This document shows, in pieces, positions 29,438-39,970 of a stretch of DNA of 64,000 nt. The notes below the pieces were generated by a model. The model searched no databases. It had not been told where the DNA came from and saw nothing but the letters and a program-made list of their open reading frames with translations. A program made the translations under genes and the position numbers. Position 1 is the stretch's first letter; each line of letters starts with the position of its first letter. Source of the DNA: SAR324 cluster bacterium (GTDB taxonomy: Bacteria; SAR324; XYD2-FULL-50-16; HCM1); assembly GCA_002995645.1 (NCBI GenBank), contig PUHO01000017.1:918-64917 (forward strand), read 5' to 3'.

Positions 29438-31789
29438 TTAAAACAGGTTATTCACTACTGGTGAAGAGAGAAATTGCGCAGATGTTACAGACATGGAAAA
29501 CTTAGTATCTATATACTCTTGTTTATCGCCACCTTGCGTATGTTCTTGTATTTTGTTAGCTACATTAAAGTTAAGTACGTAACAAGAACCAATCCAATGT
29601 AAAGCAAAAGTAAATGCAGTTAATTGTCTGTGTAGTCTTTTATGAGATGGATCGCTATCAAAGAAAGCTTGCGTTCTATTTGTGTCCCATGTTGCTGATA
29701 TATCGGAAGATAATTTGTCTAAAAATAGTACGTTGTTTTCCAGTGTATACGTATTTTCTTTTTTACGTAAATCCCCATTTAGAAGTTGGTACTCTTTTTT
29801 GTTATTATGATAAGTTAAACCGAAGGAAACACGATCTATTGGCGTAGAAGAAAAGTTTGCTTCTGTTTCTAGAATCGAATGAGTTTGGTAATTATAGCGA
29901 TAACTTAATAAAGCTTGGTAATTAGACTCAGTAGAAAAATTAAAAAGAACGTTTAACGGAAGCGCATGAGAATGAGGCGATATTTGTCTGTTTTCCAGCG
30001 GTATACGCGGTCCTTTGTAGCGTTCAGAAAGGAAAGGGCTATCTGATTCGTTCATTAAATCAAATTGTTGTATTAAGGAAATACCAACAAGTGGGAAAAT
30101 ATAGTTTTCTTTTTGATTTTTTTTCAAGTAAGTAAAATCTAATCTTGCAGTAAGGTTATTCTCTCCATAGGTTAACGGTGAAAACATAGGATCAAATTTC
30201 GCATAATCTGCCGGGGTATGCGTTATATGTTCGTTCGGTGCGCTTGTTTTATCTAATAAATCCCTTTGATTCCTATCAGTTACGCGGCGATAGATTAATC
30301 TCGGTGTAATTTGTATTTTTGACGTAGCTTGTTGGTCAGTATAAAAGAAATGATATAAAGTAAAATTCGTTTCTACTTCAGCGGTATCAATGAAAAAATT
30401 AGCATGCAAGTCTTTTATTTCCGTCTGTGTAGGATCCGGTTTATAGCCTATACCATTAAAAGAAAACTGCCTTGTTATTTTAGGGTAAAAATGTAAAAAA
30501 GACAAGTTAAAAGCATAACTGAAAGAAGTGTCTATTGTAATCGTGCTAGTATTCCAACCATATTTACGATTATAATAAGTATAGCCAAGTTTAGTGCCAA
30601 GTAAAAATGAATTACTATAAAATGGAAAAACAGAATGGTATAATTCTACGTAGGGAAGGCGATTCAAATGCGTATCGCTATCAGTTGTTTTATTTAATAC
30701 TGATTCGTTTGTAAATATACTTTGTTTATGCATTCCTGTAACAATCCCACCGGAAACCCAGTTATAGGCGTAATCTATGTAGTGGTGATATTTTTCTATT
30801 AGTTTATTATCTTCGTCAAAATATTCGTATAGTATTTGGTTGTCACTATTGGCTACCGAGTCAATATATAGTTGCCCGCCGCCTAGCTCTCTTGTATCTT
30901 GCCAATGATATAAATACCGTCTAGCATGTTGTTTTGTGTTAGATCCTTGCAAAACCGACGCTATGTTTTCTTCTTGTGTCGAACGAATAAAACGAGACTC
31001 GTAAAGTAAGAAAGTATTAAATTCTCCAAACGTATTTTTGCGAAAATGATAGCGGTATTTACTAGCTAAGCCTTCCCCTCTTTTTTGAACTGAATGTAGC
31101 GTTAAAGTTAAATCTTGATCTTGAGATAGTGCGAGATAATAAGGAATTTGAACGTGAAGACCTGAGTTTAATAAATTATTACTATTTCTATGTACCTTCA
31201 TTTTAGGAGTTAAGAAGCCGGATTTTTTCTTTATCTGCGTTGACCAAACGAAAAAAGGAACATAGAAAACGGGAATTTTAAAAAGACGAATAACGGCGCC
31301 TTTTTCTTTTGCAAAATCGTTAGTGTGATAATAAAGTTCTTTTGCTTGTATATCCCAAAGTTCATCGCCAATTTTGCAATAACTTAAAGTAACGTTTGAA
31401 ATAATAAAACTACCGTCTTTCCGTCTTTCTACTTGATCGGCATATATACGTAAATTGGTTTTTAAGTCAATACCGGAAACCTGGTATAATGATAAATGAT
31501 GCGTGTTTTCGTCTAGAAAACCACTATCAGCAAAGAGTATAAACTTCTTGCTATCTATAACTGTGTCTTTTCCAAATTTGAGGAAGTTTTTTTCTTTGTT
31601 ATAAAAAATAACGCTACTAGAAATAGTATATTCTTTCAAAGAAACAGACGTGTTTTGATACTTTAATTCTTTTGTTTTTGAATTATAAGTATAGCTAGAG
31701 CTGTCAAAGTGCATGTTGCTAGCGCTAGCTACAAAAGGAAGCAAAAAGAGGCAACATAAGATATACGTGATACTACGTAAGGAACTCAA
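29438..31789 (-). CDS. lptD: LPS-assembly outer-membrane protein LptD
   Basis: 783 aa with a signal peptide. Contains the OstA/LptD block GAVIRLFKIPVFYVPFFVW....KKSGFLTPK, a long beta-rich body and a C-terminal aromatic residue (..NNLF). Confidence 0.85.
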   Translation of the reverse strand: MSSLRSITYILCCLFLLPFVASASNMHFDSSSYTYNSKTKELKYQNTSVSLKEYTISSSVIFYNKEKNFLKFGKDTVIDSKKFILFADSGFLDENTHHLSLYQVSGIDLKTNLRIYADQVERRKDGSFIISNVTLSYCKIGDELWDIQAKELYYHTNDFAKEKGAVIRLFKIPVFYVPFFVWSTQIKKKSGFLTPKMKVHRNSNNLLNSGLHVQIPYYLALSQDQDLTLTLHSVQKRGEGLASKYRYHFRKNTFGEFNTFLLYESRFIRSTQEENIASVLQGSNTKQHARRYLYHWQDTRELGGGQLYIDSVANSDNQILYEYFDEDNKLIEKYHHYIDYAYNWVSGGIVTGMHKQSIFTNESVLNKTTDSDTHLNRLPYVELYHSVFPFYSNSFLLGTKLGYTYYNRKYGWNTSTITIDTSFSYAFNLSFLHFYPKITRQFSFNGIGYKPDPTQTEIKDLHANFFIDTAEVETNFTLYHFFYTDQQATSKIQITPRLIYRRVTDRNQRDLLDKTSAPNEHITHTPADYAKFDPMFSPLTYGENNLTARLDFTYLKKNQKENYIFPLVGISLIQQFDLMNESDSPFLSERYKGPRIPLENRQISPHSHALPLNVLFNFSTESNYQALLSYRYNYQTHSILETEANFSSTPIDRVSFGLTYHNNKKEYQLLNGDLRKKENTYTLENNVLFLDKLSSDISATWDTNRTQAFFDSDPSHKRLHRQLTAFTFALHWIGSCYVLNFNVANKIQEHTQGGDKQEYIDTKFSMSVTSAQFLSSPVVNNLF

Positions 31790-31815
31790 AATAGCCTCTT
31801 TTCTAGAAAAGAAAA

Positions 31816-33681
31816 TTACGAATTGCGTAATTTATCGTGTGATGCAATAGCTTGTTCAATAAATTGAACGTTACGGTGTAAGAAAGCAGACGGGTCTTCT
31901 AAAATACCGTTTTGCATACAAGCTCCTTCAAATAGTTGATTAATCGTATCTTTTAAGATCGCTTCTTGTGGAGAATTCTTTTGAATTTGCGCTAGATTTT
32001 GAATTAACGCGTTTTCCATATTAATCTCAAAAATAGGTTTAGGTGCTTGGAAGTTGGCGTCCATAGTTTTCATTAACCTTTCCATTTGTGGAGTCATGTT
32101 TTCTTCAGATCGAACAACAGTGCAAGGACTATTAATTAATCTTTTAGAAGTAATAACGTCACTAACGCGATCGCCAAGTATATCTTTGAAATATTGTAAT
32201 AGCTTGTTGTCTGTATCAGTGTCTTCTTTTTTGTCTTCTTTTTCATCAAGTTTAAGGTTAGCTTTATCAATACCAACAATGTTTTTATCTTTATATTTAC
32301 CAATAGAAGGCATAATAAAATCGTCTATTTCTTCGTATAAATAGAGTACTTCAAAATTATTTTTTTGAAAGTATTCTAGATTAGGCGAAAAAGCAAGAGC
32401 TTCTTTATTTTGTCCGTAAATATAATAGATCTCCGTTTGATTTTCCGGCATACGGTCTACGTATTCTTGCAATGAAATTAACTTATCCGGATGCAAAGAA
32501 GAAGAACAGCGATAAAGCTCAATTAATTGTTCTCGTTGCGCATAATCAGTATGTAAACCTTCTTTAATAAAGTTACCAAATTCTTTCCAAAAAACTTCGT
32601 ATTGTTCTACTTTCTTAGTTGCCCATGATTTGAAAAGCTTTAATATACGTTTTGTTAAGTATTGATTAATTTTAAGTAATACGTCTGTTTGTTGTACTTG
32701 TTCGCGTGAAACGTTAAGCTGAATATCTTCCGAATCAACAACGCCTTGCATAAAACGAAGCCAAGCCGGTAATAGCTCTTTACACTCGCTTTGTATGAAA
32801 ACACGTTTTGCATAAAGTTGCAAAGACGTTTCCCTTTGTTCTTGCCAAAGCGATCGCGAGTTATGTTTAGGAATGAATAAAATAGAAGAAAATTGAACCG
32901 GTGCTTCTGCTTTAAGGTGTAGCCATTCAAAAGGTTCTTCTTCAGTATGGCTTAGGTGTTTATAAAAAGAAAGGTATTCTTCTTTTTTTGTTTCTTGCGG
33001 TGTTTTTGCCCAAATAGCTATTTCTTTATTTGTTTCTTTCTCGTTAAGTAAGATAGGAAAGGAAACAAAATTAGAATATTGCTGGATAATTTGTTCAACA
33101 CGATATTCTTCGGCAAATTCACTAGCATCTTCTTTTAAGATAAAAGAAATAGTAGTTCCTCTTGTTGTGTCGCTTTCTTCAATAGTAAAGCCGGATTCCC
33201 CTGATGATTTCCAAATATAACCCGGTTCGTCTTTATATGATTTTGTTTCTACTGTAACTTCGCTAGTAACCATAAAAACAGAATAAAAACCAACGCCAAA
33301 ACGACCGATTAATTCAATATCACTTTCTTTGTTTCCTGTTAATTTTTCAAGAAAACTAGAAGTCCCGGATTTAGCAATCGTTCCAATATTGTCTATTAAT
33401 TCTTGCTTTGTCATGCCTATCCCATTATCGCTAATGGAAAGCGTACGGCTATCTTTATCGATTTTGATTTTGATTTGTAGCGTATCGTTTGAGTCGATTA
33501 AGCTTGTATTCGTAAGGGATTCAAAATGTAATTTCCCAAGCGCATCAGACGCGTTAGAAATTAATTCTCTAAGAAAAACCTCTCTTTTTGAATATAAAGA
33601 ATGAGTAAGTAGGTTTAGAATTTGAGACATTTCAGCTTGAAATGTAAAATTTGTTTGCGATTTTGTTTGTGTCATAATCAA
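31816..33681 (-). CDS. htpG: molecular chaperone HtpG (Hsp90)
   Basis: 621 aa with the Hsp90 N-terminal signature REVFLRELISNASDALGKL and GRFGVGFYS. Confidence 0.95.
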   Translation of the reverse strand: MIMTQTKSQTNFTFQAEMSQILNLLTHSLYSKREVFLRELISNASDALGKLHFESLTNTSLIDSNDTLQIKIKIDKDSRTLSISDNGIGMTKQELIDNIGTIAKSGTSSFLEKLTGNKESDIELIGRFGVGFYSVFMVTSEVTVETKSYKDEPGYIWKSSGESGFTIEESDTTRGTTISFILKEDASEFAEEYRVEQIIQQYSNFVSFPILLNEKETNKEIAIWAKTPQETKKEEYLSFYKHLSHTEEEPFEWLHLKAEAPVQFSSILFIPKHNSRSLWQEQRETSLQLYAKRVFIQSECKELLPAWLRFMQGVVDSEDIQLNVSREQVQQTDVLLKINQYLTKRILKLFKSWATKKVEQYEVFWKEFGNFIKEGLHTDYAQREQLIELYRCSSSLHPDKLISLQEYVDRMPENQTEIYYIYGQNKEALAFSPNLEYFQKNNFEVLYLYEEIDDFIMPSIGKYKDKNIVGIDKANLKLDEKEDKKEDTDTDNKLLQYFKDILGDRVSDVITSKRLINSPCTVVRSEENMTPQMERLMKTMDANFQAPKPIFEINMENALIQNLAQIQKNSPQEAILKDTINQLFEGACMQNGILEDPSAFLHRNVQFIEQAIASHDKLRNS

Positions 33682-33828
33682 AAATGAATATATGCTAAAG
33701 TTAATGAACGTATTTTAATTAAATATATTGAAAGTATACTTAATTAATAAAAAAAAGTCAAAAATAAACGAGGTAAGAAAGAAGCGAAACGGCGAAAAAG
33801 TAAAAAGAGCAAGCCTTATCTAGGGTAA

Positions 33829-34953
33829 CTAAGCAATGGTGGCAACGTATTTTTGCCACGTTTGCCAAAGTAAATCTAGAGAAACGTTGTGTAGTAAGCT
33901 AGCTTTGCCTAGTTGATTTAGCACAATAAAGGTAAGCCCGGACGCCGTATTTTTTTTATCTTTTTCTAGTAAATGAGCAAAAGTTTCTTTATTATTCATT
34001 TGCGCTGTATATTCTTTGATTGGATTAGCACTTAAAAACGGTTGTAAATAAGAGTGTAAAAGCTGGTAATCCGCCTCGTTAAGATATTTTTGCGTATAAG
34101 AGAAAAATAAAGCAAAGTCCATTCCCCAAAGAACAGATAAGCCGTGAGCAATAGCATAATCGCTGTGTTCTTCAAGTAAATGTCCTAGTGTATGCCCAAA
34201 ATTGAGTAAAGCACGTACAGAAGATTCCTTTTCATCTTGCATGACAATCGTTGCTTTTACACTACATGACTCATATAATGCGTCAAGAAGCGTGTCTTCG
34301 TCTTTTTGTAATGTTGCAAGAGAGAAGTTTTGTAAAAGATGAAATAAAGAAGGTTTCGCAATAAAAGCGTGTTTAAGTAGTTCGCTATAGCCGTATAACC
34401 ATTGTTTTGCGTCAAGTGATTGTAAAAAAGTAGTAGCAATAAACGTGGCAATAGGCTGTTTGAAAGCGCCTATATTGTTTTTGCCATTAGCAAAATTAAA
34501 GCCTGTTTTCCCGCCAATACTGCTATCTACTTGAGAAAGTAAAGTTGTTGGTATTTGAAGATAGTCAATCCCGCGCATATACGTAGCCGCCGCAAATCCG
34601 GTTAAATCACCAATCACCCCGCCACCAAAAGCGATTAATAAGCTTTTTCTATGTGCTTTATGTTCTGCTAAAAATTGGTATATAGAAAGAATAGAGTCTA
34701 TAGTTTTGTATTCTTCCATAGAAACAAGGTCTTGTTTTGTTTCGTTATATGGTAAAGAGTGCCATTGTACTTGGTAATCTTTTAAGTACGAAGTGAGTTT
34801 GTCTTTATATAAAGAAGCAACCTTATTATCGGTTACAATAAAAATTGTACTAGATTGATAAGGTTTAAGATAAGATTGTAACGTTGTTTTATCTAAATCT
34901 TTAGCAAGATATAGTGTGTAGGGAGAACTTGTTTGAAGACGGATTTCTTTCAT
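33829..34953 (-). CDS. aroB: 3-dehydroquinate synthase
   Basis: 374 aa. Contains GGGVIGDLTGFAAATYMRGIDYLQIPTTLLSQVDSSIGGKTGFN and the HTLGH metal-binding block. Confidence 0.9.
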   Translation of the reverse strand: MKEIRLQTSSPYTLYLAKDLDKTTLQSYLKPYQSSTIFIVTDNKVASLYKDKLTSYLKDYQVQWHSLPYNETKQDLVSMEEYKTIDSILSIYQFLAEHKAHRKSLLIAFGGGVIGDLTGFAAATYMRGIDYLQIPTTLLSQVDSSIGGKTGFNFANGKNNIGAFKQPIATFIATTFLQSLDAKQWLYGYSELLKHAFIAKPSLFHLLQNFSLATLQKDEDTLLDALYESCSVKATIVMQDEKESSVRALLNFGHTLGHLLEEHSDYAIAHGLSVLWGMDFALFFSYTQKYLNEADYQLLHSYLQPFLSANPIKEYTAQMNNKETFAHLLEKDKKNTASGLTFIVLNQLGKASLLHNVSLDLLWQTWQKYVATIA

Positions 34954-35156
34954 AAATTAAACCGTACGTAAAGGTAGAATAAACGTAAAAACAATTACGT
35001 AAAAGTAATACAAACTCTACCATAATAAATGAGAAAAATTAAAAATGCAATAGGTAAAATAAAAATAAAAAAAGCTAGACAAATACAAATCTATGTGTTA
35101 AGCTATTGTTTCATATACTCTAAATTTATTTATTAACTATATTCAAAGGTAGAATA

Positions 35157-36434
35157 ATGGTAGAAAATTTAAAATATAATAAAGAAACTCAATCTTTACA
35201 CAGTGGCGTTAATCAATCTATTGATTCGCTACAATATCCGGTAGTGGGATCAACTGCATTTAAATTTGCTGATTCCAAAACGGCAGCTGACTTGTTTGCG
35301 CTGCAAGCAGTGGGAAATATTTATTCTCGCTTAACTAATCCAACAGTAGACGCCTTGTCTGGGAAATTAGCCGGCTTGCATAATGCAGTTGGCGCGTTTT
35401 GCACCTCGTCTGGTCATGCCGCTCAATTCCTTGCATTTGCTAATTTATTGACTCCAGGCGATCATATAGTTGCTTCAAAGTATTTATACGGTGGTTCTAT
35501 AACGCAACTTACTTATACGTTTCCGTTACAATTTAATTGGCAATCTACACTTGTTGATATTACTAATTTACAAGAAATAGAGCAGGCAATTACTCCAAAA
35601 ACAAAAGCGATTTTTCTTGAATCCCAATCTAATCCTCACGGGGTCGTCGCTGATATCAAAGCCATTTCAACTTTAGCTAATCAATATGGCATTCCCGTCA
35701 TTGTAGACAATACCTTCCCAACTCCTTACTTTTTAAATCCAATTGAACACGGCGCTACTATTGTTACTTACTCGTTAAGTAAATATATTACAGGAAATAG
35801 TACGATTATAGGCGGTGCCGTTGTAGATAGCGGGGCTTTTGATTGGGGACAAAACGATAAGTTTAAGTTATTAACACAAGTAGAAACTTCTTACGAACTA
35901 AGCTTTTTTGAAACCTTTAAAAACATGGCGTTCACTTTACGCGGTATTGCCGTTGGTTTACGCGATTTTGGTACTACACTTTCTCCGTTTGCTGCGGTAG
36001 AGGCATTAAAAGGTCTTGATACTTTACATGTACGCATGCAACGACATTATGAAAATGCGATAAAAGTAGCACGGTACTTAGAAACTAATCCGGCTATTGG
36101 AAAAGTAAACTATTCCTTTTTAGACAATCATATAACAAACAAACAAGCAAAAAATATCTTGCCGAACGGTGGTAGTAGCGTGTTTACTGTTGCCTTAAAA
36201 CAAGGCTATGAAGCTGCAAAAAGTTTAGTAGATAACGTTAATATTTTCTTACATTCCGCTCAAGTAGGAGATGCGCATAGTTTGATTATTCATCCGGCAA
36301 GTACGACTCATTCTCAGTTAACAGATGATCAAAAGACAAAAGCCGGTATAGCGAATAACGTTGTACGTCTATCTATAGGATTAGAAAATGCTGATGATTT
36401 AATTGCTGATCTAGATCAAGCTTTAGCAAAATAA
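35157..36434 (+). CDS. O-acetylhomoserine/O-acetylserine sulfhydrylase-family PLP enzyme (Cys/Met metabolism)
   Basis: 425 aa with the Cys/Met-metabolism PLP family pattern (NPT...L...LE, DNTF.TPY, SLSKY with the PLP lysine, RLSIGLE). Confidence 0.85.
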   Translation: MVENLKYNKETQSLHSGVNQSIDSLQYPVVGSTAFKFADSKTAADLFALQAVGNIYSRLTNPTVDALSGKLAGLHNAVGAFCTSSGHAAQFLAFANLLTPGDHIVASKYLYGGSITQLTYTFPLQFNWQSTLVDITNLQEIEQAITPKTKAIFLESQSNPHGVVADIKAISTLANQYGIPVIVDNTFPTPYFLNPIEHGATIVTYSLSKYITGNSTIIGGAVVDSGAFDWGQNDKFKLLTQVETSYELSFFETFKNMAFTLRGIAVGLRDFGTTLSPFAAVEALKGLDTLHVRMQRHYENAIKVARYLETNPAIGKVNYSFLDNHITNKQAKNILPNGGSSVFTVALKQGYEAAKSLVDNVNIFLHSAQVGDAHSLIIHPASTTHSQLTDDQKTKAGIANNVVRLSIGLENADDLIADLDQALAK

Positions 36435-36477
36435 ATTAGACGTACTTTTAATAAGAAATAAGGATTTTTTATAACAT

Positions 36478-36949
36478 CGCCACTTGTCTATTCATATTAG
36501 TACTAACTACTATGCCAATAGTAGGGATAGGCAAAGTTATTTCCTTTATTTTAGTACTATATTTACGTTACTAGTTTCGTAAAAGAAGTTTTAGTATAAA
36601 CTTACGAGTTGTCTATTTAAATCAGTGCTGATCACTATGCCAATAGTAGAGGGGAAAACTAAAGGCATAGGAATAGGCAACCTTACGTTACTAGTTTCGT
36701 AAAAGAAGTTTTAGTATAAACTTACGAGTTGTCTATTTAAATCAGTGTTGATCGCTATGCCAATAGTAGAGGGGAAAACTAAAGGCATAGGAATAGGCAA
36801 CCTTACGTTACTAGTTTCGTGAAAGAAATTTTAGTATAAAGTTGTCAGTTGCCTATTTAAATCAGTGCTGATCACTATGCCAATAGTAGAGGGGAAAACT
36901 AAAGGCATAGGAATAGGCAACCTTACGTTACTAGTTTCATAAAAGAATG
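36478..36949. repeat. about 4 tandem units (120-bp period) derived from an internal panB segment, directly downstream of the panB stop
   Basis: TTACGTTACTAGTTTCG recurs at 36563, 36683, 36803 and 36923. The unit core CTATGCCAATAGTAGAGG..GGAATAGGCAACCTTACGTTACT resembles panB 37115-37170 (CTATACCAATAGTAGGAATAGGTAGTTCTTGCGTTACT). Confidence 0.85.
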
Positions 36950-37726
36950 TTATTTAGAAAGAATCTCTTTTGCCTTAACTTTTTCTTGATAAGATTGAAG
37001 AGCTTCTTGCATAGCCTCACCAAGATGAGCTTGCACTGTAGCGTGTCTAGGTAAGAAATCAGGATTAAGATGAAACAAATCGTGAAAGACTTGCACTTGT
37101 CCGTCCGTATCGGCACCGGCACCTATACCAATAGTAGGAATAGGTAGTTCTTGCGTTACTTGTTTTGCAAAATCATGAGGTATGTTTTCCAATATAAGAA
37201 AACATATACCAGCATTAACAAGCGCTTTTGCGTCTTCCATTAAAGTTGTTTGTTGCTCCTGTGTTTTTGCTTGTTTTTGCCATCCGCCAAGTTGATGCAA
37301 TGATTGTGGCGTTAAACCAAGATGCCCAAATACGGGGATACCTGCTTGCGTAAGTGCTTTAACTTCCGGGCAAATAGATTTCCCGCCTTCAAGTTTAACT
37401 GCTTGAGCACAGGTCTCTTTCATAATGCGAGCGGCATTAAGCATAGTTTGCTCTATACTAATATGATAAGTCATAAAAGGCATATCGACAACAAGAAAAG
37501 CCGATTGATTTGCACGAGAAACTAATTTGCCATGATAAATAATTTCATCTAATGTAACAGGCAAAGTTGAATCATTACCTTGTACAACCATGCCAAGCGA
37601 ATCACCGACTAATATAATATCAACGTAACGATCTACTAAGCCGGCAGACCAAGCGTCATAGGCAGTAATCATAGCTATTTGTTGCTTACCTTTATATGCC
37701 ATTAATTCATGTTTTTGTTTTCGCAT
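36950..37726 (-). CDS. panB: 3-methyl-2-oxobutanoate hydroxymethyltransferase
   Basis: 258 aa with PanB blocks (MITAYD, ILVGDSLGMV.QG, VKLEGG, GHLGLTPQS). Confidence 0.95.
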   Translation of the reverse strand: MRKQKHELMAYKGKQQIAMITAYDAWSAGLVDRYVDIILVGDSLGMVVQGNDSTLPVTLDEIIYHGKLVSRANQSAFLVVDMPFMTYHISIEQTMLNAARIMKETCAQAVKLEGGKSICPEVKALTQAGIPVFGHLGLTPQSLHQLGGWQKQAKTQEQQTTLMEDAKALVNAGICFLILENIPHDFAKQVTQELPIPTIGIGAGADTDGQVQVFHDLFHLNPDFLPRHATVQAHLGEAMQEALQSYQEKVKAKEILSK

Positions 37727-37753
37727 ATTGTTTTAGTAAGAGAATAATTTATA

Positions 37754-39142
37754 TTACGAATTTTTCATAGCCTTAAGATTTTGACTCAATAAGAAAGCAA
37801 GTTCCACACTTTGACGCGCATTTAAACGAGGATCGCAATTAGTATCATAGTGTGCAGATAAGCTTTCTTCTGTAATCGAATCAGCGCCGCCAACACATTC
37901 AGTTACGTTTTTTCCTGTCATTTCACAATGTAACCCGCCAAGAGCCGAGTTTTCAGCTTGGTGAATATGTAAACTAGTAATTAATTCTTTTGCTATATAG
38001 TCAAAGTTTCTTGTTTTATATCCATTTTTCGTAACGTATGTATTAGCATGCATAGGATCGCAACTCCATAATACAGGATAGCCTTCTTTTGCAACAGCAC
38101 GAATTAACGACGGAAGAACGGCTTCCACTTTGTCATATCCTATTCTTGGAATTAAAACAATACGCCCGGTTTCTCTATCTGGATTTAAAGCTTCTAAAAG
38201 AGCAAGTGTATCGTCTACAGAAGCGCTTGCACTTAATTTAATACCAATAGGATTACGAATTGATTTCATAAAAGCAACGTGAGCTCCGTCAAGGTTCCTT
38301 GTCCTTTCTCCAATCCAAAGCATATGCGCACTACAGTTATACCAATGGTGATTTACTGAATCTTGTCTTGTTAACGCACTTTCGTAAGGAAGTAAAAGCG
38401 CTTCATGAGAAGTATAAAAATCAATTTCACGTAAACTACGTTCCCTTTTGTCTGATATACCGATTGTATCAAGAAAGGTTAATGCTTTGCTTAGTTCTTC
38501 CAACATAGTTTTATATTGGTTTTCTTGTGCCGAGCTAGCAAGAAATTCTTGATTCCAAAGGTGAATCCGAGATAAAGAAGAAAAACCGCCTGAACTGAAA
38601 GCACGAAGTAAATTTAACGTAGCCGTTGCATATTGATAAGCGTCAAGCATACGTTGCGGATCGGGCTCTCTTGCTTCTAGTGTTGCCGCAATATCGTTAA
38701 TAATATCACCGCGATAACTTGGGAATTCTTGGTTATTAATCGTTTCAAAATCACTTGATCTTGGTTTTGCATATTGTCCTGCAATACGTCCCATTTTAAT
38801 AACCGGTTTCTCTCCGGCATAGGTAATAATTAAAGCCATTTGAAGGATAATTTTCAAAGTCCCTTTAATTTCATTTGCCGTACAGTTTTTAAATTCTTCT
38901 GCACAATCGCCGGCTTGTAGTAAAAAAGCTTTGCCATTAGCAGCTAAGGCAATTTTGTCTCGTAACGCTTCTATTTCACCGGAAAAGACTAACGGCGGCA
39001 GACGTTGAATTTTATCTTCTACTTTGTTAACCTGCGCTTGGTTCTTCCATTTTGGTTGCTGTTTTGCCGGAAGTGTTCGCCATTGATTTTCGTTATATTT
39101 TGGACTAGTAAAGGAATTGGATTGTTCGTTGTCTGTATGCAT
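37754..39142 (-). CDS. class II (plant/actinobacterial-type) 3-deoxy-7-phosphoheptulonate (DAHP) synthase
   Basis: 462 aa. Its length and the blocks RIAGQYAKPRS, HMLWIGERTR and WSCDPMHANT are typical of class II DAHP synthases. Confidence 0.9.
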   Translation of the reverse strand: MHTDNEQSNSFTSPKYNENQWRTLPAKQQPKWKNQAQVNKVEDKIQRLPPLVFSGEIEALRDKIALAANGKAFLLQAGDCAEEFKNCTANEIKGTLKIILQMALIITYAGEKPVIKMGRIAGQYAKPRSSDFETINNQEFPSYRGDIINDIAATLEAREPDPQRMLDAYQYATATLNLLRAFSSGGFSSLSRIHLWNQEFLASSAQENQYKTMLEELSKALTFLDTIGISDKRERSLREIDFYTSHEALLLPYESALTRQDSVNHHWYNCSAHMLWIGERTRNLDGAHVAFMKSIRNPIGIKLSASASVDDTLALLEALNPDRETGRIVLIPRIGYDKVEAVLPSLIRAVAKEGYPVLWSCDPMHANTYVTKNGYKTRNFDYIAKELITSLHIHQAENSALGGLHCEMTGKNVTECVGGADSITEESLSAHYDTNCDPRLNARQSVELAFLLSQNLKAMKNS

Positions 39143-39326
39143 AAGAATAGATAGAGTAGGTAATAATAATTATATTTTTACATTATATGTTTTTATTCTG
39201 TTTTAATCAATACTATTTATAAATATATACTTGCTATATTGTATATCTATAGTATATTCTTAAATAGTAATATACGTTTTTAATAGTGTATCTATTTGAT
39301 TTTTATAGTAACAGAGAATAAGATAT

Positions 39327-39953
39327 ATGTCTAAAGTTTTTTCCGTTCCTTTTCAATCTAATGAGGACAAACGAGAAGCTAGTTTGTTAATGAAAAGCGA
39401 AGGCAGTTGTTTTGTTTATCCAACGGAAACAACGTATGCTATTGGTTGTTTAGCAACTGATGCCGTTGCCGTAGAGCGTATATACCAGCTTAAACAAAGA
39501 AAAGAAGATTTGCCTTTACTTGTTTTAGTGTCTTCTTTTGCTATGTTTGAAAACTATAGCTATCCACTTTTAGAATCGCAAAGACAGTGGCTAATATCAC
39601 GCTGGCCGGCGCCTTTAACTGTTGTAACTCTTTCGCAAGCTAAATTAGCCGCTAATTTACATAAAAATAACCTGTTACTTGGCTTTCGTCATACGCTAAG
39701 TGAAATTGCCGTTAATTTAGTGCAACAAGTGCAAGTTCCTTTAGTTGGTACTAGTTGCAATATACACGGTAAACCGGCTGCTATGAATATAAAAGAAGCT
39801 ACGTCGTTTTTTGGTGATGCTGTGGATATATATTTTGATGCGGGAACTTTACAAGCTAGCCAACCTTCTAGTGTGGTAAAAATAACGGCAGGTAGTGATA
39901 TTGCTGTTTTACGAGAAGGTGCCTTTCCTTTTGACTTTACTGACTTAGTATAA
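39327..39953 (+). CDS. tsaC: L-threonylcarbamoyladenylate synthase (YrdC/TsaC family)
   Basis: 208 aa with the YrdC-domain pattern (YPTETTYAIGC, LK.RKE..PL.VLV, GTSCN..G.P). Confidence 0.8.
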   Translation: MSKVFSVPFQSNEDKREASLLMKSEGSCFVYPTETTYAIGCLATDAVAVERIYQLKQRKEDLPLLVLVSSFAMFENYSYPLLESQRQWLISRWPAPLTVVTLSQAKLAANLHKNNLLLGFRHTLSEIAVNLVQQVQVPLVGTSCNIHGKPAAMNIKEATSFFGDAVDIYFDAGTLQASQPSSVVKITAGSDIAVLREGAFPFDFTDLV

Positions 39954-39970
39954 TTTGCCTTTTATTTCAT

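Noticed and set aside
34970-35157. 13-nt direct repeat AAAGGTAGAATAA (34970 and 35145) and three ACGTAAA motifs in the aroB/metY-like divergent promoter region
   Set aside because: It could be an operator, but there is no palindromic symmetry or known consensus that I can name. It may be another micro-duplication, and the support is too weak to annotate.
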